Part shown: positions 22,311-37,038 of the stretch, piece by piece
Position numbering within the stretch: the first letter of the stretch is position 1
How the letters are laid out: each line of letters begins with the position of its first letter
Position numbers and translations under genes: made by a program
Source: Candidatus Eiseniibacteriota bacterium
Lineage (GTDB): Bacteria; Eisenbacteria; RBG-16-71-46
Direction: 5' to 3'
DNA length: 64,000 nt
Assembly (NCBI GenBank): GCA_038231135.1
Contig: JBBRLX010000002.1
Location: forward strand, 32,001 to 96,000
The notes under the pieces: model-generated
What the model was told of the DNA's origin: nothing
Databases searched by the model: none
The model's input: the letters and a program-made list of their open reading frames with translations, nothing else

Positions 22311-23203
22311 TTCCCGGGATCGGTGACGAGCGCCTGAACCAGCGTATTCACGTTGGTCTGCATTTCCCTCTCGAACTTGTCGGGGGCGTACTGGCCCGTC
22401 GCGATGTGGCTGATGATATAGACCCGGACCTTGCCCTCGTCTCTCAGCACCTTGAGCAGCTTGTCCGGAAACGTCGCCTCGCTCAGCACGACCTGGATGT
22501 GCTCCCGCTTGATCAGGGCCACCAGCTCCGCCATCTCCCGCGCCGACGGGATGAGCCCGTGCGACGGCTCGACGACGCCGGCCAAGTCGATGCCGAACTC
22601 CTGCAGGAAATACGCGTAGCCGTCGTGGACCGTGACGACGCGGCTGAGCTTCGCGTTCGCGAGCTGGGTGGCCGCCGCCGCCTTGATGGCGCGCAGCCGC
22701 CGCGCGTAGACCGCCGCGTTGCTCTGGAACGCGGCGGCGTATTCCGGGCGCAGCCGGCCCAGCTCCTTCGCGATGTAATAGGTCTGCTGGATGGCGTTGC
22801 CGAACGAGATGAACGTGTGCGAGTTGATGGCGTTGCCGTTCTTGAACTTCATCAGCGGCGTCACGTCGTTCGGCCGCAGCACGGCCAGGTGCTTGTTGCC
22901 CGAGGCCTTGATCATGTCAAGGATGAAGTCGTCGTGGCCGATGCCGTTGATCACGATGGCGTCGAGGTCGGCGAGCTTCTTCACGTCCTGCGGGTTTGGC
23001 TGGTAGTTACCGGCGTCGATTTCGCCCGGGAGGATGCCGCGGACTTCCACGCCGGGGATGTTCCCGACGATGTTGCGCGTCCACGAATAGTAGGGATGCA
23101 GCGTCACGCCGATCTTCAGCGTGCGTGCGGCCGAGGGGACCGCGGCCTGGGCGACGCCTGCGAGCAGCAGGCAGGCGAGCGCTGTGAATCGGAACCGGCG
23201 CAT
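22307..23203 (-). CDS. Metal ABC substrate-binding protein (ZnuA fold, FpvC-like)
   Basis: Signal peptide; 'KIGVTLHPYYSW..NIVG','NGIGHDDF','NSHTF','TVHDGY','VEPSHG','ISHI..G.Y...KFE.EM..N' closely recall Pseudomonas FpvC. Confidence 0.9.
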   Translation of the reverse strand: MRRFRFTALACLLLAGVAQAAVPSAARTLKIGVTLHPYYSWTRNIVGNIPGVEVRGILPGEIDAGNYQPNPQDVKKLADLDAIVINGIGHDDFILDMIKASGNKHLAVLRPNDVTPLMKFKNGNAINSHTFISFGNAIQQTYYIAKELGRLRPEYAAAFQSNAAVYARRLRAIKAAAATQLANAKLSRVVTVHDGYAYFLQEFGIDLAGVVEPSHGLIPSAREMAELVALIKREHIQVVLSEATFPDKLLKVLRDEGKVRVYIISHIATGQYAPDKFEREMQTNVNTLVQALVTDPGK

Positions 23204-23226
23204 GGGTGGGCCTCGGTGGGAGCGGG

Positions 23227-23843
23227 TCACTGGGTGCCGGCGATGATCTGGCGCCAGCCCTGTTCGCGGTTGAAGAACGTGATCGGATGCACGACCGTGC
23301 CGGACACGGGGCCCATCCAGATCATGACGTGCAGCAGCGTGCCGTCGGACAGCCGATGATGCACCTCATCGGGCTGGATCCGCGGGTCGACGGGGATCCC
23401 GGGGTCGGGCTCCACGATATGGACTACGAAGCCCGGGCCCTGGGTGGATTTGGCGACGCCGACGTAGTTGATCTCGGTGGCCTCCTGGACCAACGCCCAC
23501 GAATGTCCGGCGCGATCGAGCGGGTCCGGCGCGAACGGCGGGATGCCGTCGGCCGCGAGCGCCGCCGGCTGCGGCCAGCGTCCGGTTGTGGACCGCACCC
23601 GTTCGGCCTCGGCAATGCCTTCCTGGATCTGACGAAACATCCGCTGCTCCGGCGCCGGCAGGTCGGCGAACGCGCGCTGGTCCAGGTCCAGCCGCCCGGC
23701 CCCCGGGGTCCGCGGCACCGCCGCCCGATCGAGGATCAGCAGTCCCGCGGCACAGCACAGGATGCGGGCGGTGAAGCGCAGCACCAGACCCAGCTCGTGA
23801 CGCACCGACGGCGGGCGCACGTCGACGGTGCGCAGGGTCGGCA

Positions 23844-23847
<4 letters not shown>
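23227..23847 (-). CDS. DUF6162/FpvK-like membrane-anchored protein
   Basis: N-terminal 'VRPP..RHE...VL' plus TM, 'WP.P..LAADGIPPFAPD', C-terminal 'GWRQI'. Located directly upstream of an fpvC-like gene. Confidence 0.7.
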
Positions 23848-26451
<2,604 letters not shown>

Positions 26452-26459
<8 letters not shown>

Positions 26460-28464
26460 GCGCGGGGGTTCCGAACCACCTCGCGAGCCACGCCTCCACC
26501 TCGCGGTTCCACAGGATCGAGTTCCGTGGCTTGAGCACCCAGTGGTTCTCGTCGGGGAAGTACACGAGCCGCGCCGGCACGCCCTTGGCCTTGAGCATGC
26601 CGTAGCACTGCAGGCCGTGGTTGATGGGCACGCGATAGTCGCGCTCGCCGTGCAACACCAGCATCGGCGTCGACATGTTCTGCGAGAACCGCGCGGGATT
26701 GCAGGCGTCGATCGCCTCGAGGCCGTTCCACGCCTCGCCGCCCCACGCCGCACCGCGGCCCATCGTCCAGTCGCTCGCGTACTGCCCGAGCGCGTCGAAC
26801 ACGCCGGCGTGATTCACGATGCAGCGGAACCGGTCGGTGTGGCCGGCAATCCATGCCGCCATGTAGCCGCCATAGGAGCCGCCGGCCGCCGCCATCCGCC
26901 GCTCGTCCACCAGCCCCATCGCGATGAGCGTGTCGGTCGCGCGCATCACGTCGTCGAACGGACGCTCCGCCCACTCGCCCTGGATCACCTTCGCGAACTG
27001 CTGCCCCCACGACGTCGAGCCCTGGAAGTTGACGAGCGCCGCCACGTAACCGGGCGCGGCGAACAGTTGCGGGTTCCAGCGCATGTGGAACACGTCGCCG
27101 CTGATGCCGTGCGGGCCACCGTGGATCACCTGCACCAGCGGGAGCCGCTCGCCGTCCCTGTGGCCGGGCGGCAGCACCACGAACATCTGGACGGTGACGC
27201 CGTGCGAGCCCTCGAAGTGCAACTCGCGCACCTCGCCCAACGCGACGCCGGACATCGCGGCGTCGGTGAAGCGCGTGAGCCGCGCGGGCGACCGGCCGTC
27301 GAGCCCGCACGAGAACACCTCGGAGGGTTCGACCAGGCTCTGCTGCACGAAGAACAGCCGCGTGCCCGCGATCGCGAGCCCGCCCGCCGATCCTCCCGGA
27401 ACCACCCGCTGCGGGGCGCCGTCGCCCCGGCTCGTGAACACCGACACGCGGCCGCGATCCTCGGTCACCAGGCACAGCGTGCCGTCGGACGCGAACTCCC
27501 AGCTGCCCGGTGACCGGTCCCAGCCGGTGACGATCTCGACGTGCGCGCCGCTGTTGCGGTCGAAGCGCATCAGCTGCACGCGGTCGGCGTAGAAATCGGG
27601 ATCGTGCGTCATGCCATAGACGATCGCCGCGCCGTCGGGCGAGTAGCGCGGTCGCAGATCGGAGGCCGGATGATCGCCCGTGAGGCAGGTGACCGTCCCG
27701 CCCGTCACGGGCACGGTGTAGATCGCGGAGCGCACGTAGTCGTGCTCGCCGTCCCAGCTCAGGCCCGCGAACGCGAGCTCGCGGCCGTCGGGTGCGATGT
27801 CGTACTGGCCCGACAACTCCATCCAGTCGAACCACAGCGTCGAGTCGGGGGTGAGGTCGCGCAGCGCATCGTTCGCGAGGTCGTACCGGAACAGGTGCGG
27901 CGTCTCACCGGTGGTGAGCCACTGGTCCCAGAACCGGAAGAACCGGTCCTCGGTGAGGTGCGCCTTGACCGGGTCCGCGTCGCGCCGATCGAGCTCGGCC
28001 GCGGTGGCCGCGGGCGTGAAGTGACCCTTGATCAGCAGCGCACCGAACACGATGCCAGAGCCGTCGGGCAGCCAGCGTGGATCGAACACCCCGAGCGGCA
28101 GGTCGGTGAGCCGCCGCGATTCGCCGCCGTCGAGCGGCATCACGTGCAGCTGCCCCTTACCCTTGTCGTTCCGGCGCACGAACGCGAGCTGCCGGCCGTC
28201 GGGCGACACCCGGGGCTCGGTGCTCGTGGAATCGGGGGACGTGAGCGGCCGGGGCTCGCCGGCCCCCACCGTCACCTGCCACAGCCGGGTGCGGGTCGAG
28301 TTCTTCTCGATGTCGGGCGTGGTGACGGGCACCACGCACCAGGTGCCGTCGGGCGCGGGCGCCGGCGCGCCGACGCGAGGAATCGTCCACAAGTCCTCGG
28401 GCGCGAGCGGGCGCCCCTGGCGGGCCGGGTACAGCGTGGCAACGGGGTTGGTGGCGACGGTCAT
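26452..28464 (-). CDS. S9 family peptidase (dipeptidyl/acylaminoacyl peptidase)
   Basis: PD40 propeller 'SPDG' repeats, IHGGPH, GGSYGG (Ser), D in 'GERDYRVP', H in 'DENHW'. Confidence 0.93.
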
Positions 28465-28749
28465 GGAACGCTCCTCGGCAGGTACTCAGGCGGCACGGCG
28501 AGGGAGACGACTGAGAAAAGATACCAAACCGGCGTCCCGTTCGTGGCCGCCGACGCTGCCGCGGCTTGCGGCGCACACCCGCCGGTGACCATCCGTGCAG
28601 CGGATTCGCCGCCCGGCGACGGAGGCGGTATGCTCCGGTGTTGAAATTCGGGTGACCGGACCCTCGCAGCCCGCGGGCCGCATCCAAACCGTTACCGACT
28701 CGCCGCGCTGGGCCGCCCCACCACCATCCTCCAGGGAACGAACCTCGAA

Positions 28750-31491
<2,742 letters not shown>

Positions 31492-31498
31492 GCGAGGC

Positions 31499-31849
31499 AT
31501 GGCGATGCGAATTCACAGGCACCTGGTTCTCACGCTGGCCGTTGCCGTATTGACCGGTTGCTCGGCGAAGGCTGTGCCCACCGGCGGACAGCGGGTCGCG
31601 ATCCACGTCACGGAGAACGGCTTCGAGCCGGCGGTGGTGAACGTGAAAGCGGGATCGCCCGTGACGCTACTGGTGACGCGCCTCACCGATCAGACCTGCG
31701 CCACCGAGCTGGTGATCAAGGCCGAGAACGTCCATCAGAGCCTGCCGCTCAATCACCAGGTCGCGATCACGTTCACGCCCGAGCACAAGGGCGACGTGAC
31801 GTACGTGTGCGGCATGGACATGCTGAAGGGCACGATCCGGGTGGAGTGA
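31499..31849 (+). CDS. Cupredoxin-domain lipoprotein (CupA-like)
   Basis: Lipobox 'LTGC','GFEP..V.VKAG.PV','TCATE','YVCGMDMLKG'. Confidence 0.85.
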   Translation: MAMRIHRHLVLTLAVAVLTGCSAKAVPTGGQRVAIHVTENGFEPAVVNVKAGSPVTLLVTRLTDQTCATELVIKAENVHQSLPLNHQVAITFTPEHKGDVTYVCGMDMLKGTIRVE

Positions 31850-31865
31850 GCGCGGCGCCAACGGG

Positions 31866-32681
31866 TCAGCCGACGGGCCTCTTGGCCACGGCATAGATCA
31901 CGTTCGCCTCCACCTCGCGCACGCCGTAGTGGTGGTGGTACTCGTCGCACGCGACCCGCACCCGCTGCCGCTGTTCGGCCGTCAGCTGATCGATCGTGCC
32001 GCGGTACCCCGAGCCCATCACGATCTTCCACCAGTCCTCGGCCGTGCCCACCGCATGCGTGCCCGCCTCGGCCACCGCCTCGGCGCCCGCGATGCCGGCC
32101 TTGTGGAACAACTCGAGCAGCTGGGCGGGCTCGGTCATGTCGTCCCACGGATTGAACGCCTTGTAGAGCTCGGGCCGCTCGACGCGCACGGCGTCCCAGA
32201 ACACCCCGTTCATGCGCTCGAACAGCCGCGGCCCCCACATGGTCACCGCGATGCGGCCGCCCGGCTTTACTCCGTGCCATAGCGCCTTGAGTCCGCGCAC
32301 CTTGTCGGGCAGGAACGAGACGCCGAACACGCACACTCCCACGTCGAAGCTGCCGTTCGACAGCTCCATCTGCTCGAAGTCGCCCGGCCGGAACTCCAGA
32401 TTCGTGAGTCCCAGTTCCGTGGCCTTGGTGCGGCCCAGCGCGACCAGCTTGTCGGCGAGATCGACCGCCAGCACGCGGCCCGTCGGGCCGACGGCACGGG
32501 CCGCCGGAATCGCGGACGCGCCGGTGCCGCTGCAGACGTCGAGCACGCGCTCGCCCGGAGCGAGATTCAATCGCTCGATGGTGGCGCTGCCGAACCGGTT
32601 CCAGAACGACAGCGCGTCGTCGTCGTAGTGATCCGCCGCGGCGTTGTACAACTTCGCCGTGCGTCGATTGGCTTCTTCCAT
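31866..32681 (-). CDS. Class I SAM-dependent methyltransferase (UbiE-like)
   Basis: 'RVLDVCSGTG','VLAVDLA','GDFE','FDVGVC','VKPGG'. Confidence 0.88.
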   Translation of the reverse strand: MEEANRRTAKLYNAAADHYDDDALSFWNRFGSATIERLNLAPGERVLDVCSGTGASAIPAARAVGPTGRVLAVDLADKLVALGRTKATELGLTNLEFRPGDFEQMELSNGSFDVGVCVFGVSFLPDKVRGLKALWHGVKPGGRIAVTMWGPRLFERMNGVFWDAVRVERPELYKAFNPWDDMTEPAQLLELFHKAGIAGAEAVAEAGTHAVGTAEDWWKIVMGSGYRGTIDQLTAEQRQRVRVACDEYHHHYGVREVEANVIYAVAKRPVG

Positions 32682-32900
32682 GAGATACCCCTGGGGGTGG
32701 ACGGCCAGCATGGGCACTCTACCGGTTCGGCGCCGAACGGCCTATCCGGTCCGGCCAGGATGCCGATCGCGACTCCGGGGGTGCCGAACGGCCATGAATT
32801 GGAGCCATCTCGAGGTTTGTGCGAAGCTGCGCCCCCGGCGTTCGTCCGCGGTGTCCGCGGGCATCCCGGGCCGTCCCCATCCGAGGAGCCGTTCGCCGCG

Positions 32901-33446
32901 ATGCCGTCCTCCGAGCACTGGCAGATCCCGCGCGTCGTGGACGTCATCGTCCGCGAACAACCGCGCTCGGTGCTGGACGTGGGAGCCGGCTGGGGCAAGT
33001 ACGGCGTGCTGTCGCGCGAGTATGCGAACCCGAACCGGGTCGACGCAATCGACGCGAACGAGCCGCGCTATCCCGTCTACGATCATGTCTACCGCGGCGA
33101 CATCGTGACGATCGACACGCTGTTGCCGAACGACGGGTTCCGGTATGACCTCGCGCTGTTCATCGACACGATCGAGCACCTGGAGAAACCACAGGCGTGG
33201 ACGCTGCTCGACCAGCTCACCCGCCGCGCGCGCCGCGTGCTGGTGACGACGCCGTGGGGCTTCCGCCACCAGGAGATCCCGGGCCAGCCGTTCGAGACCC
33301 ATCGCTCCGGCTGGTTGCCGTGGGAGTTCAAGGCCCGCTACGACGTGCACCGCACCCAGGTATTCCCGGGGCACTTCACGAAGCATCTGCGGTTGCCGCG
33401 GTTGTGGCAGATCTTGGTGTTGGTGGGGGCCCGCGGAGGCGGCTGA
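32901..33446 (+). CDS. Class I SAM-dependent methyltransferase (small)
   Basis: 'SVLDVGAGWGKYG','YDLALFIDTIEHL','ETHRSGW'. RBS GAGGAG. Confidence 0.8.
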   Translation: MPSSEHWQIPRVVDVIVREQPRSVLDVGAGWGKYGVLSREYANPNRVDAIDANEPRYPVYDHVYRGDIVTIDTLLPNDGFRYDLALFIDTIEHLEKPQAWTLLDQLTRRARRVLVTTPWGFRHQEIPGQPFETHRSGWLPWEFKARYDVHRTQVFPGHFTKHLRLPRLWQILVLVGARGGG

Positions 33447-33479
33447 GCCGAACCGGAGCCCGCCTGCTGGAAGGGACAC

Positions 33480-34079
33480 GTGCGTAAGCTGCAGATCCTT
33501 GTCGTCGGCGGCGTGATCGTCACCCTGGTGTCTCTCGGGGTAGCGACCGGGTCGATGCTCGAGGTCGGACGTCTGAAAACGCGCCTCCGGTCGGCCCAGG
33601 CTCATGCCGATTCTGCTTCCTCATGGATGAGCGCCTTTCGTGATTCGCTGGCACACGGAGGCACGGCGCCACCCGTGCCCGCATACGCTGCCGGACACGA
33701 CAGCACCTGGTACGTGATGCTTGCCCGGAGTTCCTCGGCGCTGGAACACTTCTGGCACGAGCAGGCGATGAAGGCCCGGGCCTCGGGCAACATGATGCTG
33801 AGCAAAGGCGAGATCGAGAGCCTGCGTCGACAGGGACTGCAAGATCCCGTGGAGGATCTCCGGCACGACCTCGTCGCGCATCCAGAGCTGATTCCATACC
33901 GACCGACGCATGGCGAATTTCAATTCCTCGCCCCGGAAGAGATTGTGCTTCTACCCGGTTCCTGGGTATGCGCCTACTTCGAAGATGGAATGGTGCCTGG
34001 CCATCTTCTCCTTCGCTACCAGGTGCTGCCCGGCGGAAGGATCGTTTGGAGGCGCCTCGATGGGCAGCTCCAGAATTGA
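33480..34079 (+). CDS. Hypothetical membrane-anchored protein
   Basis: N-terminal TM plus coiled coil, C-terminal 'DL..HPELIPY...WV.AYFEDG...G.LLL.Y.V...I.W' domain. Confidence 0.65.
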   Translation: MRKLQILVVGGVIVTLVSLGVATGSMLEVGRLKTRLRSAQAHADSASSWMSAFRDSLAHGGTAPPVPAYAAGHDSTWYVMLARSSSALEHFWHEQAMKARASGNMMLSKGEIESLRRQGLQDPVEDLRHDLVAHPELIPYRPTHGEFQFLAPEEIVLLPGSWVCAYFEDGMVPGHLLLRYQVLPGGRIVWRRLDGQLQN

Positions 34080-34119
34080 TGACTTGGACGCGGCGTTCCG
34101 CGAGAGTTGAGGCGATGCG

Positions 34120-34899
34120 ATGAGCCGGGTTCGAAGGATTCTGCTTGTGGTTCCACTGCTCAGCGTCATTGCGATTGGCGCGGTTGAGGCGAGCGTCGGG
34201 GGGCCTGCGCTGGCGGAGCTGCTCGGCTGGGATGCGCGCGCATCGAAGGTGTTCTTCCGAATCCAATACGTCGACGAGGGCAACCAGCCACCGAGAGTCT
34301 TCTGCTTCGACCTCGCTGCCCGGAAGCCGGCGCAGCTCACCCGCGTCTCGTGGAGTGAGCGTGACCGGCAGGACTCACTCTACGATGCGAACCTGGCGGC
34401 ATTGCGCCGCCGACTCCGACCGCTCGACGAGCATCTCTGTGAGACCATTCCCGCCGAGACCATCGTCATGGGAGTGGACACGTCGAGGACCCGCAACGGT
34501 CCATGGGCTCGCTATCACGTCCGTGTGAGGGACCCAATGTGCCTCGGAGACGCCACCCTCGAGATGACAACCGTAGGCGATCCGTGTGTTCGCCTGATCC
34601 GCCAGTGGACCATTCCAGGCCGCAGCGAGCGGATTGCGCTGGTGTCGTTCCGTGGTCTTCCGTATGAAACAGGGTACGAGGTCCAAGTGCCGGTCCTGCT
34701 TCCGCGCCCGGGAGAGCCCGCTCGCAACGTCGAGTTGCCGAAACGAGACCCGGGAGTAGCCGTTCACCATGCCTCATCGCAGGACGCACAGGCGTGCCGT
34801 CTGACGTTCGACTCCGCGCTCGAGTCGTACCCAGTAGAGCCCGGGCGCAAGAGCGCGATCGGGTTCGAGTCCGACCACGTGGTGCCCGCGACCCAGTGA
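34120..34899 (+). CDS. Hypothetical secreted protein
   Basis: Signal peptide (..VEA|S), RBS GAGG. The 3' end overlaps the convergent gene by 126 bp. Confidence 0.55.
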   Translation: MSRVRRILLVVPLLSVIAIGAVEASVGGPALAELLGWDARASKVFFRIQYVDEGNQPPRVFCFDLAARKPAQLTRVSWSERDRQDSLYDANLAALRRRLRPLDEHLCETIPAETIVMGVDTSRTRNGPWARYHVRVRDPMCLGDATLEMTTVGDPCVRLIRQWTIPGRSERIALVSFRGLPYETGYEVQVPVLLPRPGEPARNVELPKRDPGVAVHHASSQDAQACRLTFDSALESYPVEPGRKSAIGFESDHVVPATQ

Positions 34900-36855
34900 T
34901 CCGACCGGCCACGACCCCAGGCGGCGTCCCGCCAGGTCCCACAACGCAAGCGTGGCGGGAGCCGAGCTGGTGAGGTCGAACGCGATCTTCGGCTCGCCGT
35001 TCACGGGATTGGTCTCGGGCCCCTCCAGGCGAAACGCGAGGTCGCTGCCAACGAGCAGCGAGACGCTCGACACCACGGTGCGCATGCTACCCGTCACGAG
35101 TTGGAGCGAGTAGGTGTAGCGTTCGCCCTCAATGACGTCACGGTCCTCGAGCGTGATGCGGCCGGTGCCGTCGGGCAGAGCGGTCGCGAGCTGGACCCAG
35201 TCGCCTGCCTGGTGGCGGCGTTCGACCTGGAAATGGCCCGGCAAGCCGGGATCGACGAGCCAGGTGATGCGGGCCGTGCCCGACGACGCGTCCGCGGCGA
35301 CCAGTGACGCCAGCGTCGCGGTGGTCCCGTTGGCGGGTACGTGCGTGCTGTAGATCTGTTGAGGATCGACCCGGCCGTCGCCCCAGGCCACGATCGCGCC
35401 ACCGTTACCATCGGCCACGATCGCCGGAAACTCCTGCTGGCCCGCGGCGGCACAGGCTGGAAATCCACCGATGGGCCAATGCCCCGCCAGCGTTCCCGTC
35501 GCGGTCACGCGCTGGACATAGATGTCGTCGTCGGTGCCGTTGCGCCCGTCCTGCCAGGCCAGCAGCAATCCGCCATGTCCATCGGGAGCGATCGCGATGT
35601 GCCGCTGGTCCCCCGGCGCCGTACAGATCGGAAGTCCATCCGCCGGCCAACCGGGAGCGAGCGTTCCATCGCCCCTCACGTGTTGCGCGTAGATGTCGCC
35701 GGTGCCGGTTCCGGTGCTGTCTCGATAGTCCACCCAGGCCACGAAAGCGCCGCCCGCACCATCGGTCGCGACCGAGGTAATTCCGACAGGAGTTCCGTAG
35801 TAATTCAGCGTTCCGCCCGGCGCGCTCGGATGCGAGCACACGAGCAGCCCGTCGGCTGGCCAGCCCGCGGCCGTGCTGTCGTTCGATAGGTAATGCTGTC
35901 CGTAGATCTGATTCGTCCTCGTGTCGTGCCAGAACACCAACGCACCACCGCTGCCGTCGGAGGCGATTCCGGGGTCTCCGCCGATGCCCCTGAACGGCCG
36001 GGTGATGGTGATGTTGTCACCCACCTGGACGTGGACGCCGAATGCTCCCCCGTTGGGCTCCGGCAATTCCGCATACAGGACGAACATGCCACGGCCGCTG
36101 TCGGGGACGATGCCAATCGCCCATTGGGAGGTATTGGGAACGTTGACGGCGATACCACCGGACCATCCGGTGTCTGGCGCGCCGCTGGTGGCCAGGCTCA
36201 TGGCGACGAGATCTTCGTGAGGAGCCCGATGCGTATGAGTCATCGCAAGTAATACGCCGCCATCGGGGCTCGTCGTGAGCGCCGGCGCGGTGTCGCCGGA
36301 TACGCCCTGCACAGCCGCCGGGGCGTCGCCGAGGCGGGCTGCCTCGACCAAGGGCTCTCCATAGAAGTCGATGCCCCCGGTCGGCCATCCCGTGGCATCG
36401 GTTCCCTGGCCGGTCATGTGATTCAGGACGAGACCGAGACCGGGGTTGAACGGATCATGCATCGAGGCCGCGAGATAGGCCCCACCCTGCCGGTCCGCCG
36501 CCATGACCGCGTCTTCGTCCATGGAGCAAATGAAGCGTCCCGATTCCGGCCAGCCGGGCCACACCTCGCCGGCAGGCGTTCGATGTTGCGCGAACTGGCC
36601 TGCCCGATTTCCACCCTCGATCCAGGAATAGATCGCGCCGCCGGCGCCGTCGGGCACCATCACGACCTGCACTTGTCGTCCGAGCGATGGGGCGACGGGG
36701 GCTCCGTTGTCCACCCATGTGGACGCGCGCAAGCTGAATGCGGAGCTGCTGGGAGCGATCGATGCGACGATCGTGAGCGTGACAATCAGCGTCGCGGGGA
36801 GAAGAGCGGGCGCGAAACACGCATGCCGGAAACGTGACTGCGGAACCGAGGCCAT
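34774..36855 (-). CDS. Secreted 'DGxGG/WP' repeat protein with FN3-like domain and T9SS-like CTD
   Basis: Signal peptide; about 60-aa repeats 'DG.GG....W.D.R....DIY.Q.....G......WP..G..VC.A.G.Q'; CTD 'NPV...LALWDLAGRRL...PGLYWVRL'. Confidence 0.85.
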   Translation of the reverse strand: MASVPQSRFRHACFAPALLPATLIVTLTIVASIAPSSSAFSLRASTWVDNGAPVAPSLGRQVQVVMVPDGAGGAIYSWIEGGNRAGQFAQHRTPAGEVWPGWPESGRFICSMDEDAVMAADRQGGAYLAASMHDPFNPGLGLVLNHMTGQGTDATGWPTGGIDFYGEPLVEAARLGDAPAAVQGVSGDTAPALTTSPDGGVLLAMTHTHRAPHEDLVAMSLATSGAPDTGWSGGIAVNVPNTSQWAIGIVPDSGRGMFVLYAELPEPNGGAFGVHVQVGDNITITRPFRGIGGDPGIASDGSGGALVFWHDTRTNQIYGQHYLSNDSTAAGWPADGLLVCSHPSAPGGTLNYYGTPVGITSVATDGAGGAFVAWVDYRDSTGTGTGDIYAQHVRGDGTLAPGWPADGLPICTAPGDQRHIAIAPDGHGGLLLAWQDGRNGTDDDIYVQRVTATGTLAGHWPIGGFPACAAAGQQEFPAIVADGNGGAIVAWGDGRVDPQQIYSTHVPANGTTATLASLVAADASSGTARITWLVDPGLPGHFQVERRHQAGDWVQLATALPDGTGRITLEDRDVIEGERYTYSLQLVTGSMRTVVSSVSLLVGSDLAFRLEGPETNPVNGEPKIAFDLTSSAPATLALWDLAGRRLGSWPVGSLGRGHHVVGLEPDRALAPGLYWVRLERGVERQTARLCVLR

Positions 36856-37038
36856 CGGGAACCCCCTGCGGAAGAGCGAACGGCTGGCTTTAAAGCAGTA
36901 ACCAGGGAACCCGGCGACCTCCATCAGGGTGGCGTGTCCAACACGATTGTCGCCCCGTGCAGACGGATCGTGCAAGCAGACGTGCAGGTGACGCCGCGGA
37001 AGGACTCTACCGCGGCGTCCACCCCGCACGCATCCGCA

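Noticed and set aside
34855..34880. GGTTCGAGTCC, a tRNA T-loop-like sequence or possible att site
   Set aside because: The T-stem does not pair properly, there is no cloverleaf, and it lies inside coding sequence.
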